Assembly: GCA_036172245.1 (NCBI GenBank)
Contig: JAYWIR010000009.1
Location: 62,001-126,000 of the forward strand
DNA from: Raillietiella orientalis
Lineage: Eukaryota
Length of the DNA stretch: 64,000 nt
Reading direction: 5' to 3'
The stretch's first letter is position 1, and each line of letters opens with the position of its first letter. Made by a program: the position numbers and the translations under genes. The notes under the pieces are model-generated. The model was not told the origin of the DNA. It searched no databases and saw only the letters and a program-made list of their open reading frames with translations. Of this stretch, positions 37,231 through 51,400 are shown one piece after another.

Positions 37231-38439
37231 ACTCCAGGAAGAAGTCTGTCACCAACACATTTTCTTGGACTGAACTTTTGTGCGCCTTTTTTTGGGGGGG
37301 AAATTACCCCTTCCCCACTTGTGTTGTGCGGAACTCGTTAAAGAAGGTGATCACGTGGAGCAGAGCCTCCGAGTTGAGAAGACCTTTTTATATTTCATGT
37401 GTTCGTTTTTTTTTTGTTAAATGTTCTGGACCCTCTTGACTGGACGGAGGCGACCAACATGGCGACAGTCTCCATAAGGGGAGCTGCAAGGCTACTTCAT
37501 CTGCCACAGGAAGTCTCCAGGGAGATGACTACCATCCAGGGCCGCTTCTTGGAAGGAAGGAGCAAATCATACCAAAGTCCCCTATTCCCGTCCTCCCGTC
37601 TTTTTTTTCATTTGTTAATGGTTCTCTCCCTCCGTTGCCTGCCTTTTAGAAGCCCGCCTGCCTACTGGTACTCATTCCAACTGAACTCCTTCATCCCTGT
37701 GGAATCTCTTGTGTTGAGGGGACTCCCTCTCTTTTCGGACTTTTAGTTTTTTATTGTGTGTGAATGTCCCGGCACCGCCGTGCAAGAACCTCTTAGCTGG
37801 AGAGATGAACCAGGACGCATCGCTGGAAACCCTTCTTGCAAAATCGATGTGAAGGCGTTCCTGCCGTGAGAACAGCTGCCCGCAGCCACTTCCTGCCCGA
37901 TACAGGCACGGCGCATTGCTGCATGAACGTGGGCATGCGGGTGCGGATGATGACCTCCAGCGTGTTGGCCAGAGAAAAAGAAACGTTTCCTGGGACGTCG
38001 GAGAAGTCAGCGGCAGTCTCCGCGTGAGGAGCTCTTTCGTTCCTTGAATGGGGGTTCGGTAGTGCCTCCTGGTAGTCAGGCAGCTCAGCGGAGCAGTCCG
38101 TTCTTGGGAATCCGATCTCCTCAAATGCTCGCGTCTGTTCTGGGAAGTTCTCTACCTCTCTGACTCGAAGCTGAGACGGGAAACGCCAGGAAGCGGTAAC
38201 GCATCTGCAGGGAAGCGGGACAGGGATGTGAAACAGCTGCCGTCGCTCTGAGAACTGGGAAGGACGGTGCGACCAATCCGGAGATTGCGGAACGCGCGCG
38301 CCCGAGATCGCTCGGAGGAGATCGTTTGTGGACCGAAGGGCAAGTCGCCGGGCAAGACGGAGAAATCGTTCCTCCGCCTCTCTTCCTTGGAATTCTTAGA
38401 AAGTGCTCCAAGGAAACTTCTTGACGCTGATATCCGAGA

Positions 38440-38828
38440 GCAGGATTGGACTGCCACGCGCAGCTTCAGCAGCCGGAATTTCAGCGGTGCTACCACAGCT
38501 TGCGGATGTAGCTCACTGTGGAGATCCCGGACACTCTCCACCTGTTGTTGTTGTTGTTGTAGTAGAAGATGTTCATGGCTTTCCAGGCGTCAGATTTCCT
38601 TTTGATGTCTTTGTCTTCAGTCAGCAGGCATTTCACGGTCATGTTGTCGCCAGGTGGAAGATTTTGCCCAGTTGGTTCAAATGAGAGAAATTCTCCTTTG
38701 CGAAAATCAACCAGGGGTAAGCAAATGTGGATCCACTTACTAATCTTTGAGGACTGCTGGAAAGAGAAAACAAAAAACTCCTGTTCAAAAAGAGCTTGCA
38801 GTTGTTCCGAAGGATTCATCCGAACCAT
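38440..38828 (-). pseudogene. Possible MSP (major sperm protein)-domain remnant
   Basis: VRMNPSEQL (~L.I.P..EL), FEPTGQNLPPGDNMTVKC (~V.P..G.L.PG....V.V), and LLKLRVAV in a shifted frame. Confidence 0.3.
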
Positions 38829-38849
38829 TGACTCGGGCGGTTACTGAAA

Positions 38850-39630
38850 AATAGATGTCCCGCGTTCGCGGCCCCGAGGCTGCGGAGTCCTCCGAGAACA
38901 TGACGTCAAGCGTCGCGGGTTCGAATCCCCCCGGGGGAGGATCGACCCCGAGAATGGGGAGTGCGTCTTGGGTTTACGAGTGTTCCCTCCCTCCCTCAGG
39001 ATGGAGCTGGTCGGCCTGCAGCCTTCAGGCACAAACCGATTCTGGCCATTCAGGGAGCCCTCCTGAATCGCCAGAATTGAGAGTCGACCCTCCGGGATCC
39101 TTCCAGCAACAGCGAGAGGTTCCCATTGGAGTTACCCTCCGATTGCCCAAATGGAGCCTTCTCCCCTCCGAGAGGACCCTTCATCGCGTTCCATGGAGCT
39201 GGTTTATACCCCCCCTGGGAGGGTTGCCGAATGTGAGATGCGCTCTATTTGGGAAGGGGCCCTTCAGTGAGAATTCAGGAAACATCCCTTCAGGGTTCTC
39301 CTCACAGAAGGAAACAATGAGCGGTTACCTTGAAAGATTCCCTCCGGAGAGAAAATGAGAAGCATCGATCCCGGAAGTCCCTACCGGGAAAACGAGGAAG
39401 AGGCTCCTTTTAGGGTTCCCTTCAGAGACCATCAGGGAGGTTCTTCCCTCCCAAAAGTGAACACGGCCTGTTTCCTCCGGAGTCCTTCCTGGACTCGTAG
39501 GGTGGTCTCTACGGAGTTGTCCCTACAACCCGAAGAGTCATACGTATCCTCGGGTGGCGAGGACAGAGTTTGAGGTTTTAAGAGCTCGTGACCTTCCCAA
39601 GGAGGCGAACGGTTTTTCAGTACTGACCAA
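38850..39630 (+). mobile_element. 3' end of REL-family element with hairpin-array UTR
   Basis: Reverse complement shares CCCTACGAGTCCAGGAAGGACTC and repeated (C/G)GAAGGGAACC units with 55100-55560. Terminal stem-loop variant at 39577-39628. Confidence 0.65.
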
Positions 39631-40431
39631 AACCCCGAAATGCTCTAGGGGAAGCAACGAAAACTGAAGAACCCAAAACGCTTCTCATCATCCTGGCGAA
39701 TGGAAGTGTTGTTTGCTCGTTTCCTACTGGTGAGTATTTATTTAAACTACGAGTGTGGTGTGTGGATTCGGTGGTGGAGAAGGAAACAATGCCGGACTTC
39801 ACCACCTAGGAAGGCCAGGAAACAATGTCCGCATCACCCCTCCCAGGTTATGGAAGTAACGGTATCAACCTCCACAGAATCGTATCTACAATTTTGTCCT
39901 TCCAAATGGTGACTTTGAATTTGTTTGAACAGGAATCGGGAAGCATGACCAGAAGTTATGCAGAGTGTATTTGGTGGATGCTCTGTCTGTTGGAATGTTT
40001 CATGGCATATCAAAGTGAGCATTCCCTAGAAGTCCAACAGTTTGGGGCCATTTGCAGTCATCCTTAGAAAATGGCGTCGTACTGACTGGTTTCTTCGTTT
40101 CATTTCTGTTCTCTGTGAAATTCTGCGAGTATCAGAGGAGCTTTTTTTTTCTGGAAATGCTGAATCCATTGGTTTATGGAGAATTTGCAATTTCGAAATC
40201 TTTTTTCCTTGTTGTAATACAAAGGAACCTCTTTTTCTTGCATATTCTTTTATTTGTTTCGGTGAGAATCACTGGTTATACAGGCGGTCCTGATTCATGT
40301 TTAGGTGCAACATGGATAACGATGTGGTGTTCCGCATGTTGTTTGCCATCTTTCTTTCAGTTTTGGTTGCATTCTTCCTTCATGAGGCACATCCTTACAT
40401 AGCAGATGTTAGCATCCTGGAAACACCTTGT

Positions 40432-40489
40432 AAGTTTTCTACTTCTTGGGAGTTTGGATCCCCTAAAACTCCCAAGAAGTAGAAAACTT
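40432..40489. repeat. Perfect 24-bp inverted repeat with 10-nt loop
   Basis: AAGTTTTCTACTTCTTGGGAGTTT (40432-40455) pairs with AAACTCCCAAGAAGTAGAAAACTT (40466-40489). Confidence 0.97.
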
Positions 40490-42799
40490 CTTGTGAGTTG
40501 GATGTGCGAAAATTTGGATGTGTTCCTTCCTGACTCTTGCTAATTCTACATTTAGATTTAGTATGTTGTTTCTGATCCAGGAAGTGCATTCTGTTTCTCC
40601 CGTTTTTATTGGTTTCATAATTTAATACGAAGGCGTAATGACAACAAGAACAAGTAGTTTTGCAGAATACATTCATAAATTGCACACTCGTGTGTTTGCT
40701 TTGCCTTGTTTGGTTTTTCCATTTGTTGAATGTGGTTGATTTCTTCCGTTAAGTGGTTCCTCTCGTGGACTTTGACCTTGACCTCCCAGTGCTGCTATCA
40801 TGGGAGCACGTAGCTTACATGCAGTGACCTCGTTAGTACTATTGAAGAATTTGGTTGCGCAGTTGAGTTGTGGGCTTCTGTTTCTGTTTGTGCAAGAAAA
40901 GTTTCGCACTTTATAACCACCTTTGTTTTTGAATTCAATCCACAATATCCAACTGTTATTTCGGCCTTGTCATCTGTATTAGGCACTTTAGTTGCCTGGC
41001 ACTTTCCTTCAAGAAAAATCTGTCTTTCCAATCATGCCTACAAACAGTTTCATCAGTCTTCAATATTTACTGAGGGATGCAGCGGAACACTTTTGTCTGG
41101 TTTTTATTTGGAAACATATTTTTGGTTAATTTCGTGTTAGTCTTCTCGTCTAGCTCTCTCCTCACTTGACATCGAAGTGCGCAGGGGAAAGCATTCCTGT
41201 TTCTACGATCGGAATTCCCACTGCAAGATCGCTGAAGGGCAGTCCCTCTCAGATTGGTACAGGCACCTCGCATTCATCTGCCAGACATGATGGTTGCGTT
41301 GCTGCTCCGAGATGAAAGGCAGTGAAAATCCGTATCGTGGAGAAAGGGAACAGCACGTCGTTACCTGGACGCATAGCGGTGCGTGGCAGGACTGCAAGCA
41401 AGAGGACATTCATGTGCATCGATTCCCAATTCCCTTCCAGAGTTCGAAATGCGCGATACCAAATCAGCAAATGGCCCGCAAACTGCGATTTCGACAGTAC
41501 TTTCCAAACAGTGCTCTTTTTCGCTTTCTCTTCACCCAATTCCTCGAACTCCACTCCGTCCCACTCCACTCCATGGTACGTAGAACTTGGTTTCTCCACT
41601 GCATCGGTTCATCATCAGTTCTGCAAGGCGATGCAACTCCAACACATGTGAAACATTCATCTTCACCCCCGTCATCTTTGTCCAAACGACGATCCGATTC
41701 GACAACCACAGCACGCTGCTGAAGAAGGAACAGCTAAAGAAGAACTTTTGCCCCGCGTGTGTTGCTGGACCACATTATGTACCTCTGCAAAATGCATGGG
41801 ACGCTTATTTTCTATTCGGTTGTGAATTTCACAATCCAATTAGCAGATAAACCGAACTGATGGAATTGATTCGATTTTAATGAGCATCATCACACTTTCT
41901 CAAAGTGGAACGTGTTTCCTTCCCTTAGTTCTGGATCCGTCGGAAAGCGAGGACCTGGAATTTATGCATTCAAACTGAGCACTGCAGTCCGCCCAAATTC
42001 GTTTCCCATCTGCTTTCCTCTGTCAATAGTTGCTTCCATCAGCAACACGGAATACTTGCATGGCGAATTCTCAAATTCGTTCCAGAATGGACACGAGAAT
42101 CAACAGAAGCATTCAGGAGGCTGCTCGTTGATTGCATACACAAAAGTTTCATATTCCTCACATAAGGCGGTGAATGAGCTCTGTGAGACTCTGGATACAG
42201 TTCGTGGGATGATACCAGTTCAGCTGTTTTTGAAAAGAATACGAACACAGGATTTAAGTAGTTTGAATTCTATTTTCTTCAAATTTCCCAATAAAATAGC
42301 ACAAGTACGCTTTTATTTTTCAAAGGTATGTTTTCCAATGATGGAATTTTTAAATTGCTTAAATATCAACACAATTAGAAAATGGTGTCCTCATATAGTA
42401 AATCCCATATGTTAATACTTATTAATCATCTGTCGTTCACAATTTTTACTTTTGTGTTACTTTATAAACCTTATAAAAGGAATTATTTTAGATCATATAG
42501 GATGCATTTCTTTCAAGTATAGTGCATTGCTCTTTCTGCGCAGCGGCTACTCCAATAAGATAGAGTTCGTTAAGATCAACAAAATCTGCTAATGCGAGTT
42601 TATTTGGCATCACTGTAATTTCAAGCGTTCGAATTTCTTGCGGTTGGAACTTCGACGTTATTGCAATTTATAAATGTGAAGTGCAGTGGGTTGCATGGGT
42701 GAGAGTTGTGAAGTCTGCTGCGTTTGGAAAAGGTGGCAATGTAAGCATTTATGACCCTGGATAAAGTTTGTTTGTCAAGATAACGTTAATAATAAAGTT

Positions 42800-45700
42800 A
42801 TGAAGACGATTGATTTCAAGTCGATTTCAGCAGTTTATCTTATGAAAGATGTTCAGAATGATGTGTTTCTGCAGTTTTTGAAGGTAGCATTGCTTATGTA
42901 TTTTGAATGTTGTTTTTCATTTTAGTTTTGTGATTTCTCTTTGCAACTAGTTTTTGATATAAACATACCTCTGGTTTCTGAGTCAAATGCCAGGATTGTA
43001 TTTAAATGAATTTACAGGTGGTTTTAAAACATTTTTATGGAAACTTAGGGAATTTCTGCACACCTGCTAGGGGCAACGTTAGCTGTGTTGAAAACGTAAT
43101 ATGGAAAATTTTGCGTTACGATATGTTTACCCGTTTGCTCCCCTGTGAAACATCAGCTTGCCTAAGGCTACTTTGTTTAGATGTTCAAATTTAGAGAGCA
43201 GTAGTATCATGATTGTTTGGCCAAGTGGGGTCAAGTTGCATATTTGAATGGAAAACTGCAAGTTATTGAAGACCATATGGATAATTAACATTTATTGCAG
43301 CAAAGTAAAACAGTTGCTTTTGATGTGACTGTTTTTTCAACTGTTTGCATAATAGACATTTCATTTGAAAATAATTGGTATCAAACATCGGTTATTTATG
43401 ATTTTGCTCCAATAAACGGTTGTGGGATTGGTTAACATATTGTTTTGATGCACTTAGATTGTGGCATAATTTTTCACATTGGAGTTCGTAATTATTATTG
43501 CTATGTAGTATAAGTAGGAATTAGAATATTGCTGTTTTTTGTGCTGGCCAATTGGGATTTGGTAAACTGATGATACTGAGGATGGAGATCAGAGAGTCAG
43601 AGATACGGCTTACTTGGTTGTGAAAAAGCAAAGTATTGTAAATTCTATATCTCAAGTGGCGTTTTCGAGTTCACTGAAGACTTGGGGGATGGCTGAGTCA
43701 AGGTGAAGATTGCGTTAGGTTGTATCCTAACAACACAACTTTCGAAAACAAATATCTTGTTGTATAATTAGAAAATGTCAGACAGTCTTAGACATTATGT
43801 TAACTTATACTTGAGGAATTTAACTTATACTTTGAAAGAATTGTTTAAATAAAATCATGATTTCAGATCCATGAATGTTTAAAGCTCATACTTCTTTGTG
43901 ACAAGTCCATTTTATTTGGTTTTAGGTTTGCAGGACATTTGAGTAAAGGACTCACTTTTTTGTATTCTTTGTTCTCTTTTTAATATTTTTTCCGTCTTAC
44001 ACAAATTGTTGAATCCTTGTTTCCATTTTTCTTTTCAGTCTTTTTTTTAATCTATTCTCTCTATTTAGTTCTATTAAGTAATTGACATGCTTCTGTATAT
44101 TCAGAATGTCAAATATTTCTTTGCAATTTAAATTCACATCCAATTTTTCCAGACGTTGCCTGTGCAGATAAAGGTGTTGAAAGATGTGGAAGACATTTCA
44201 AAAGCATGTCTTAGTCACAGTATTTGCTTAACAGATGATTTTTTTTCGGAAGAATTTCAGTATTTGAAGATGAAGCAAGAAAGGTTTGTCTTGGGTCTTT
44301 TTGCATTTTTTGTTCTATAAAAAGTTTATATAAAAAGTGTAATCTAGCATTTACATAAAGACTTAAAAAGATGTAGAAACTTATGCCCTCAAGATGTAAA
44401 CTACAATTTTGTTTTTTATGTGAAAAATTCTATGAGTCATTTACTTAATGGGATTTACAAAATTTCGCTCTCTTGAACAATTCCAGTTTGAAATCGTTTT
44501 ATCATTTTTCAGCTTTGTCATAATGAGTTGCATACACTTTGGAGCACTTGCTGAAGCTTCCACTCAGGAAACTGATGACTTGTTTTTCCCTCTGCACCAT
44601 AAACCAAAAGCTGTTTATAGGAATATACTTGAAGGTATAAAGGTTGCATTTACAGGATTTTCTGATGTGCAAGCTGTGGTGAGCCTTGAATGACATGAAT
44701 TGTACTTGTTCATTATACATTACATCAGAATTCTCTGGGCCGACTTGTTCAGTACTTGGGTGGGAAACTCTCACAAGAAATGGTTTCTAGTGTGACACAT
44801 TTAGTAGCAGCTAAAGTAGTCACTGGGAAAGCAAGATATGCATTTTTATTCAGGTATGCTACCCTTTTTTAACAAGGATAATCTGCAGTCAAAGCAGGGT
44901 TCCTATAATGACTGATTCCTGGATACAAAAATTGTGGTCTCTGAGAAATGAAGACAATATTGATTTTCTTCGAATTGAAAAGGTTTGTTTCTTTTCTAAT
45001 TATACTTAGATAGTTTGTGAGCTTGATATATATGCCTTTTTACAATGTAAATGGTTGTTTGGTGTTTTGACTTTTAAGTACCCAGATCCAGTAGTGTTCA
45101 AATCACTATAATGAGAAAAGTTTTGAATTTTATGCCAACAATGTGAATATTATGCCTAGTACGTGATACAGATTGTTCTTGATAGAATCTGTTGTTTGTG
45201 ATGTGAACTTATGTAGGCGGGAGGACAACTGTTAAAAATGTAGTAAATTCGTAAACTGCTGCAGTTTGTTTACGAAATGTTGAAATTTCTTCTCATTTCT
45301 TTTTTTTTGATGAAAATTTAGATGCAAATGAAATGTTTTTGCATAAAAAGAATGCAATATGAACAGGAATGAGCATTCCTGTTCGCAATGCTTCTTCCTG
45401 TTCACAATAAGCATTAGTTAAAATACATATCTTGAATTGCCAATATTTAATACAAAGGATTATTTGTTTATTGGTGTTGTTTTTGCCTTTGGTTACAGGG
45501 GGATTTTCACAAGAATATTGTGGCCTTTTTCGGGTTTTTCAGTGTATAGTTACTTTCAAAATCAGCATTTGAAATAATTTTTGGTCAGTAAATAATCCTA
45601 ATTAGATCTTGAATTGCTTAATGATGGTGAGCAATGAATTTTTATAGACATGTATTGTTTATATAAGGAATTCCGTATCAAACCACTGCTGGGAATGCAT

Positions 45701-48120
45701 CTGCATTTTGTGGGATTTTCTGAATCAGAGGAATGTGATGTGAAGCGTAATGTGGCTGCTGTTGGAGCCCATTTTGTTGCTGTTGATGATAAGGAGCTGA
45801 CCTTAGTTGTGGTATCTAAGAATGAAGATGCCAGCATCCATCTTTTGGATGATTGCCCCCCACATGTAGATTGTGTCAGAGAAGAATGGTTCTGGAAGTG
45901 CATTGAAAAAAAGTATTTCGAAGAATGGAATGATTTCATTATTAAGGTGATGGGAGAAATGAGAAAATGCACAACTAATTCAGGTTCCTTAGGGAAATGA
46001 TCGGAAATCTTATGGCAACCGTTTCTCTCGTACGCCTCATAAAATACTTGATCAGTCTGAAATCGATATTCCGTTTACCCCATCTATTCAACTTTCACAA
46101 GAAGTTATAGGTCAGACCACTCCAGCAGCTGTAGCTGGTGAGTCAAAACGTATTTGTTGCATAATGTCTTTGTGCCTTAGATAATCAGCCAATCATTGAA
46201 AACGACAGTAAGCAGTTTGCTGTGTTCAAGGAGTTGCTGGAAACAGAAAGCAACTATGTGTCAGTGCTGTATGTTCTACACAATGTAAGTGTACATAATG
46301 TGATCAAAATGCTGACGTACTATAGAAAATGCGAAGCGAATTGAAAGTTCATGAAGACAACAATGATCCATTACTAAGTAAATTTGAAAATAATTATGTC
46401 TTTGGCGACTTAGAGGCGATTTATAAGGCACATAACAATATGTTGGACCAACTAAAGAAACTTTCCGAGAATTGGGCAACACAGGCACACAACATTGGCA
46501 TCATAATTTGTGATGTGGTGAGTATCATTGAGTATGTACTCTGATTGAATCTCTGGAAATTAGTTTGCTGATAAAGCTCTTAAAGTTGCATACGGGCGTT
46601 TTATACAAAGTTTTGAATCAATTAAAAGTCTCATATCGAAGCTTGATCAGACTAATCCTCGATTCCATGCATTCTTGAAGAGATGTCAATGCTGGGAAGA
46701 GTGCAAAAAGCAAAGTTTAGCAGAATTGTTAATCAGACCTGTCCAGCGATTACCAAGTGTCATATTACTACTTAAAGGTTCAGTGTACTCCAAGATTTGT
46801 TGTTTATAAAGGACTTTTAGACTTGATCAAAAAAACTGGAAATTCTCAGCCAGGATGCGGAAATCTGCAAAAGGCACTGCATTCTCTTCAAGTATTTTTG
46901 CAATGGATTAATGATGATAAACGACAGTTTGATGTGCAAGTTGATACATTAAGTATAGTTCATGAAGTTAAAGATGTTCCGGTAAGGCATTATCCTTGCA
47001 GTGAGCTGGAATGTTTTTCATTTTTTAGGTGAACATGACATCTTATCAGACACGATGTTTCATAAGCCGGTGTGAAGTGATTGATATTGAGGCAACGTTA
47101 AGTCGTAAAGATTTGGGGTTATTTTTGTTTACAGATATATTGATGGTGAGCACTGGCCTGATTACTTCTGGTTAGTTGGCTGAATTCCAGTGCAGATCGT
47201 TAAAAAACGTCATGTGCATTTTGTGACTTACCCTGTAAATAGCCCATCAGCAAGCAGCCTTCATTCTCAGCATAAGAAAGGCTGGTTGGGTTTAAGTAAA
47301 AGCACAAGGGAAAAACCCTACAAATTCCTTGGTATTATAGATTTGAAAAATATAGATCAGATTGCAGAACTTGTTGGGAACCCCAGAGAATCCGCCGAGG
47401 ATTTCTCAGAGAAAGAAAATGGTGAGTTCGAGCATGCACAAAGCTTTAATTTCAGATGTTTCAGAATCCACTGATACGTTCGCTATTGAAGTGAAGAATG
47501 ATAGCTTTAAAAAATGGTACGCCTTCAAGATTTTACCGTCGCCGGGTTCCGTCAAGGAGAAAAATTTCTTTCTGGAGATGCTTAAGCAGCAGATAGTATT
47601 GTATCAACCTAAAGCAGCAGTAAGTTTATGTAGTGTTCAGTTATGCAAACCTGAGTTTATTAAATAGTGTTTCACATGTGATATCAGCAGCTTGAATTTG
47701 AACCTTCGGAGTGATGCCTCTTTGTTCATGGGCCTATTGTAGGTTGTTTTTTACTCATTATTTTTATGCTACGTATATATGTAGCTCACGAACTCGAAAA
47801 CTAGGTCGGAACCCTAGTTTGAGGAGTTCAGCTGGGAGTTCACTCGAGCAGCTCCACATTGCTTCACTGAATTCGACCATTTCGCAAAGCGTGGATTGCT
47901 TGAACGTAATTATAGAAAGATTCCGGGAATCACCAAGTGATTCAGTAAATTTCTGTGTTCATTTCAGACGAGCATTTCCGGTTGTGGATCAGTTGCATTG
48001 GTCCCAAGTACTCCAAAAACGCTATGCAAGCTGATATCGTCTAATCGGAAATCGTTTTTGAAAAAATTGGAAACCCTGGGGCTACTGCAAGAGACAGCCC
48101 CGTTTCCCAGAATTCAGTAA
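42800..48120 (+). CDS. ECT2: ECT2/Pebble-like RhoGEF (tandem BRCT + DH + PH), multi-exon
   Basis: BRCT exons VAFTGF, LVQYLGGK..VTHLVA, IMTDSWIQKLW, EFRIKPL..FVGFS..VREEWFW. DH motifs FKELLETESNYV, RFHAFLK..SLAELLIRPVQRLPSVILLLK, INDDKR. PH motif LFLFTDILM. Canonical GT-AG introns. Putative first exon 42800-42883 (less certain); last exon 47968-48120. Confidence 0.92.
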
Positions 48121-48499
48121 CCACCACCATGACTGGAGGCAATGCGTCATATATTATTCCAGCATTACTTTTGTGGATTCCGAGACACTCAGTTGATTGT
48201 CACTTGGTATACGTGGAATCCAGTATTGAATTCTGCATATCGTGATTGTGATACTTTAAATTTAATTATTCTTATAGTATTTTTGTAAAAAAGAAAAAAA
48301 AAAGAAAAAAATGGTGGGAGGACCCACGCAACATGCGTGTAATACCGTGAAAACCTAATCACATATTTATCAATAAATGGCATTTTATACATTTTTGCGT
48401 CGTCGTCATTCTGTCTTATCTTTGAAAAAAGGACGCCCCTTTGCGTGCTCCGTGATACGGGCATACCCTGACCGGGGAAGTGCTTTCATCCTGCCCCAA

Positions 48500-51400
48500 A
48501 ACAGATTCGTTTTCTATGGTAAACTCCCGAACGCCGCCGCAAAGCGGTAGAATTTGTCAAGGGGTGGCAAAGAAGAAAACTTGCATTTGCAATGGGTTTG
48601 GTACCAAGAAACTCCTGGGATAACTTCAACAGCAGCATCTGAGTAGGGCTGCATCGTTCTGCAAAAAAATTTTGGCAGGAGAATGGGTACCAACCGCTTC
48701 CTGCCGAAACTACTGCTACTTCGGTGGAGGTTCATGTTTTCCGATCTCGTACGAGCTTTACATGCGCAGGCACGAAACAAATGAATAGGGGAAAGGGATC
48801 CCAAAGTGGAGTCCTGGATCCTGTCACCGCAACGAGGCTCCGCAACTGGCAAGAAACCAGGGAGAGTCGTTCACAACGTTGCGTGATGGAACTGCGGTTG
48901 TACCGAAGAGCTGCGGCTTAGGAATTTGGAATTCTCTTGCTTCTTCGACGACCTGCCATTTTTTCTCTTGAGCGCTAGGGGTACATCAGCATTTCGTATT
49001 CCCCGGATCATCTGAGGCAGTTTTCCGAAAGGTGACCTGTGGCTTCCAGTAGCAGCTGGCGGCTAGCCGTCAATTTTTTTTTTTTTTTCTTTGGGTGGGG
49101 GGGAGGGGGATTTTTTCACTATTTTAAAGACCAACAGCAGCTCATGAGAAGATGCAGTGAAGACGAGAGACCGCAAGTGAATTCCTACACGTTTAACATC
49201 TGCGTAGAAGAGCTAACCAGTGCGGTAGAACTCATCCGGCCGAACAGTTTGATGCTTGGCGGAAGTGAGTGCGACTCATTCCGCGTGTCGGGTGCTCCCG
49301 GCGATGGGAGCCTGAGGAAGGGCTGGCTCATTTCGATGTGCTTCCTTGTGCCACGCGAGTGCCGTGGGGCGGTAGAGTTTTGTTGCGCCCACCCATTCTG
49401 CTTGGGTTCGTTTGTGAAGAGTCGATGAAGGGAACGGGAGAGATGCGTATCAACTTTCTCTGAGGGACTCCAGGAAGAGGAGCTAAAGAGGCACTGCTCG
49501 TTGGACACCAGATGCATGCAAGCTGATCATTTGTATTCAAGTGAAAGGACGCGTTCTGGGTCCTCCATGTGCTCATCAGGGAGGGAGGGTCGCGGAATTT
49601 GCGAATGGTGGGACGCGGTTTCAGCGGAGGTGACAGTTCGTTCTTTTCCTCGCCGAGCTCGCAGACACGCTTCTTCCTTCTGGGCTCTCAGCCGCTGGAT
49701 GAGTTTATGGTATGCCTGCGAAAAAAGGGTGGAAGCTAGCGCGAAATCGTGGTGAATCCTCCCTCTTCTACTTCTGCGGGTTCCATCTTTTGAGGCCTTG
49801 TTGCTGCAAGGAATCTTCAGGTACTCAACCTTTTTGCCTTGTGTTGCCGGGGAAGGGGAACAAATGGCCAAGCATACAGAATCCTCCCGTGGAAAGGATC
49901 AGAGAAACCAAAGCGGAACTGAAATTTTCGAGTCCAAGATAAGAGGACTTGCACGAGCTACTGCACGTGAGCCAACTCGAACTCGGACCACAACTACGGA
50001 AAATGCTCGTGGATGTTCCACGGAGCTGATTCGCATGACATCCCTGGCCAGCAGCGGACCTCAAGGGCAAACAATGGCGGTCGACGTCCGGAGAGGCAAG
50101 TGTCTTTCTGAGCCACTACGGGAACGACAGCACTCCTTGGTGGCTGCAAGACGAGACAGAGAGCCGGTGGATGCTGCCGCCCAGTGAAGAGAACTCCTGG
50201 GTGCATCCTCGGAAGGATTCGAGGTTCTCTTCCCTGCATGTGAGCTCTTCGGCGTTTCCCTTAAACCGAAAGCATCAGGTGGCGCTCTTCCAGCACTGGG
50301 GCTTCCAGTTCAATCAGCGCCTGCGCTTCGTTCCCAAGGGATCTGTGTCCACGAACTGTTCCAGAAGCGGGACGATCAAACCGCCTCCCTCACCTGCTCC
50401 AAGACTGCGATGTCATCCAAGCACCACGGCAGAGTCTGGCGGCAGCAAAGCTTCCTCACCTGGAGAACACTGCCAAGCACTTGCTGCGGCGCTTCCTTGC
50501 GAGCGGCGGATTTCCCGCAAGAGCCGCGAGAGCCACGGACGAGGCGATGGGAAGTCGCCCGCGTTGCGGCCGCCTTCACGACGACTGCAACGAGATGGCC
50601 CCTCTGGGACAAAGAATGCCTCAAGGGAGGAAGCCTGCGTTCTGCACCGATTCATGGAAGGAAGAAGCATCCGAAACCGAAAGCACTCCCTTTCCGTTTT
50701 CAGCTCACTACCCCTTCCCTCCCGCTTCGGACTTTCCGCAAATTCCATGAGTGGGTGACCGCGGAGCGGACAGACCAAGGACCGCTGACTCCGAGGGGAA
50801 AAGCAGGGATCCGGGATGAGGGAGATACGGTGCGAAAGCACCTTGCAGCTCTACCCGACGCTTCCAGGCCAAGAAGGTGGTGGCGCTGCAAAGTAAGCGA
50901 ACTGGGGGAAGCAACCGAAACCCGTGTGACCCTTCCTCGATCCTGCAGCAAGGAAAACGGAAAAGCAACAGACTGCGACCATCGAGATGCTCGCCTAGGA
51001 AAGGGTACCTCCTGGAGACCCAGATGGGTGGACTTCCTAGGACAGTAGTCTGGTCAGCTACAGCCGATGGGTGGAGCCCTAATGAGCAAGCATCGCTTAC
51101 AGGATGTGGTCGGAACCCCTTAACGACTGGGTCCCACCTGCACCAGAACTCAGAGATGACCTCTTCCTCTTCCTTTTCAACGAGCGCGGGTTCCACGTCG
51201 CACGTAGAACACGCGGAGGGATCCGCCTCGCATCTTCCCCTGCCGAACTCCCCCATCCGCGACCAGAAAGTGACGTGACGGACAACAAGTCCGCAGGACG
51301 GCGGAGGGCTGAAAGCCCCAAAGAGATGAAACCCAGAGGGAGAGGGTGAACGCGGAAGAGTTAACAAATAAAAGTTTTGGCAATTCTGGGGGAGGAGGGC

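Noticed and set aside
38910..38940. tRNA/SINE B-box GGGTTCGAATCCC
   Set aside because: No A-box or cloverleaf; the homologous word at ~55835-55850 falls in the element's downstream-ORF region (RGFE codons).
40500..41750. Protein-like minus-strand ORFs (40798-41031, 41249-41599)
   Set aside because: No recognisable motif or splice structure; cannot support a call.
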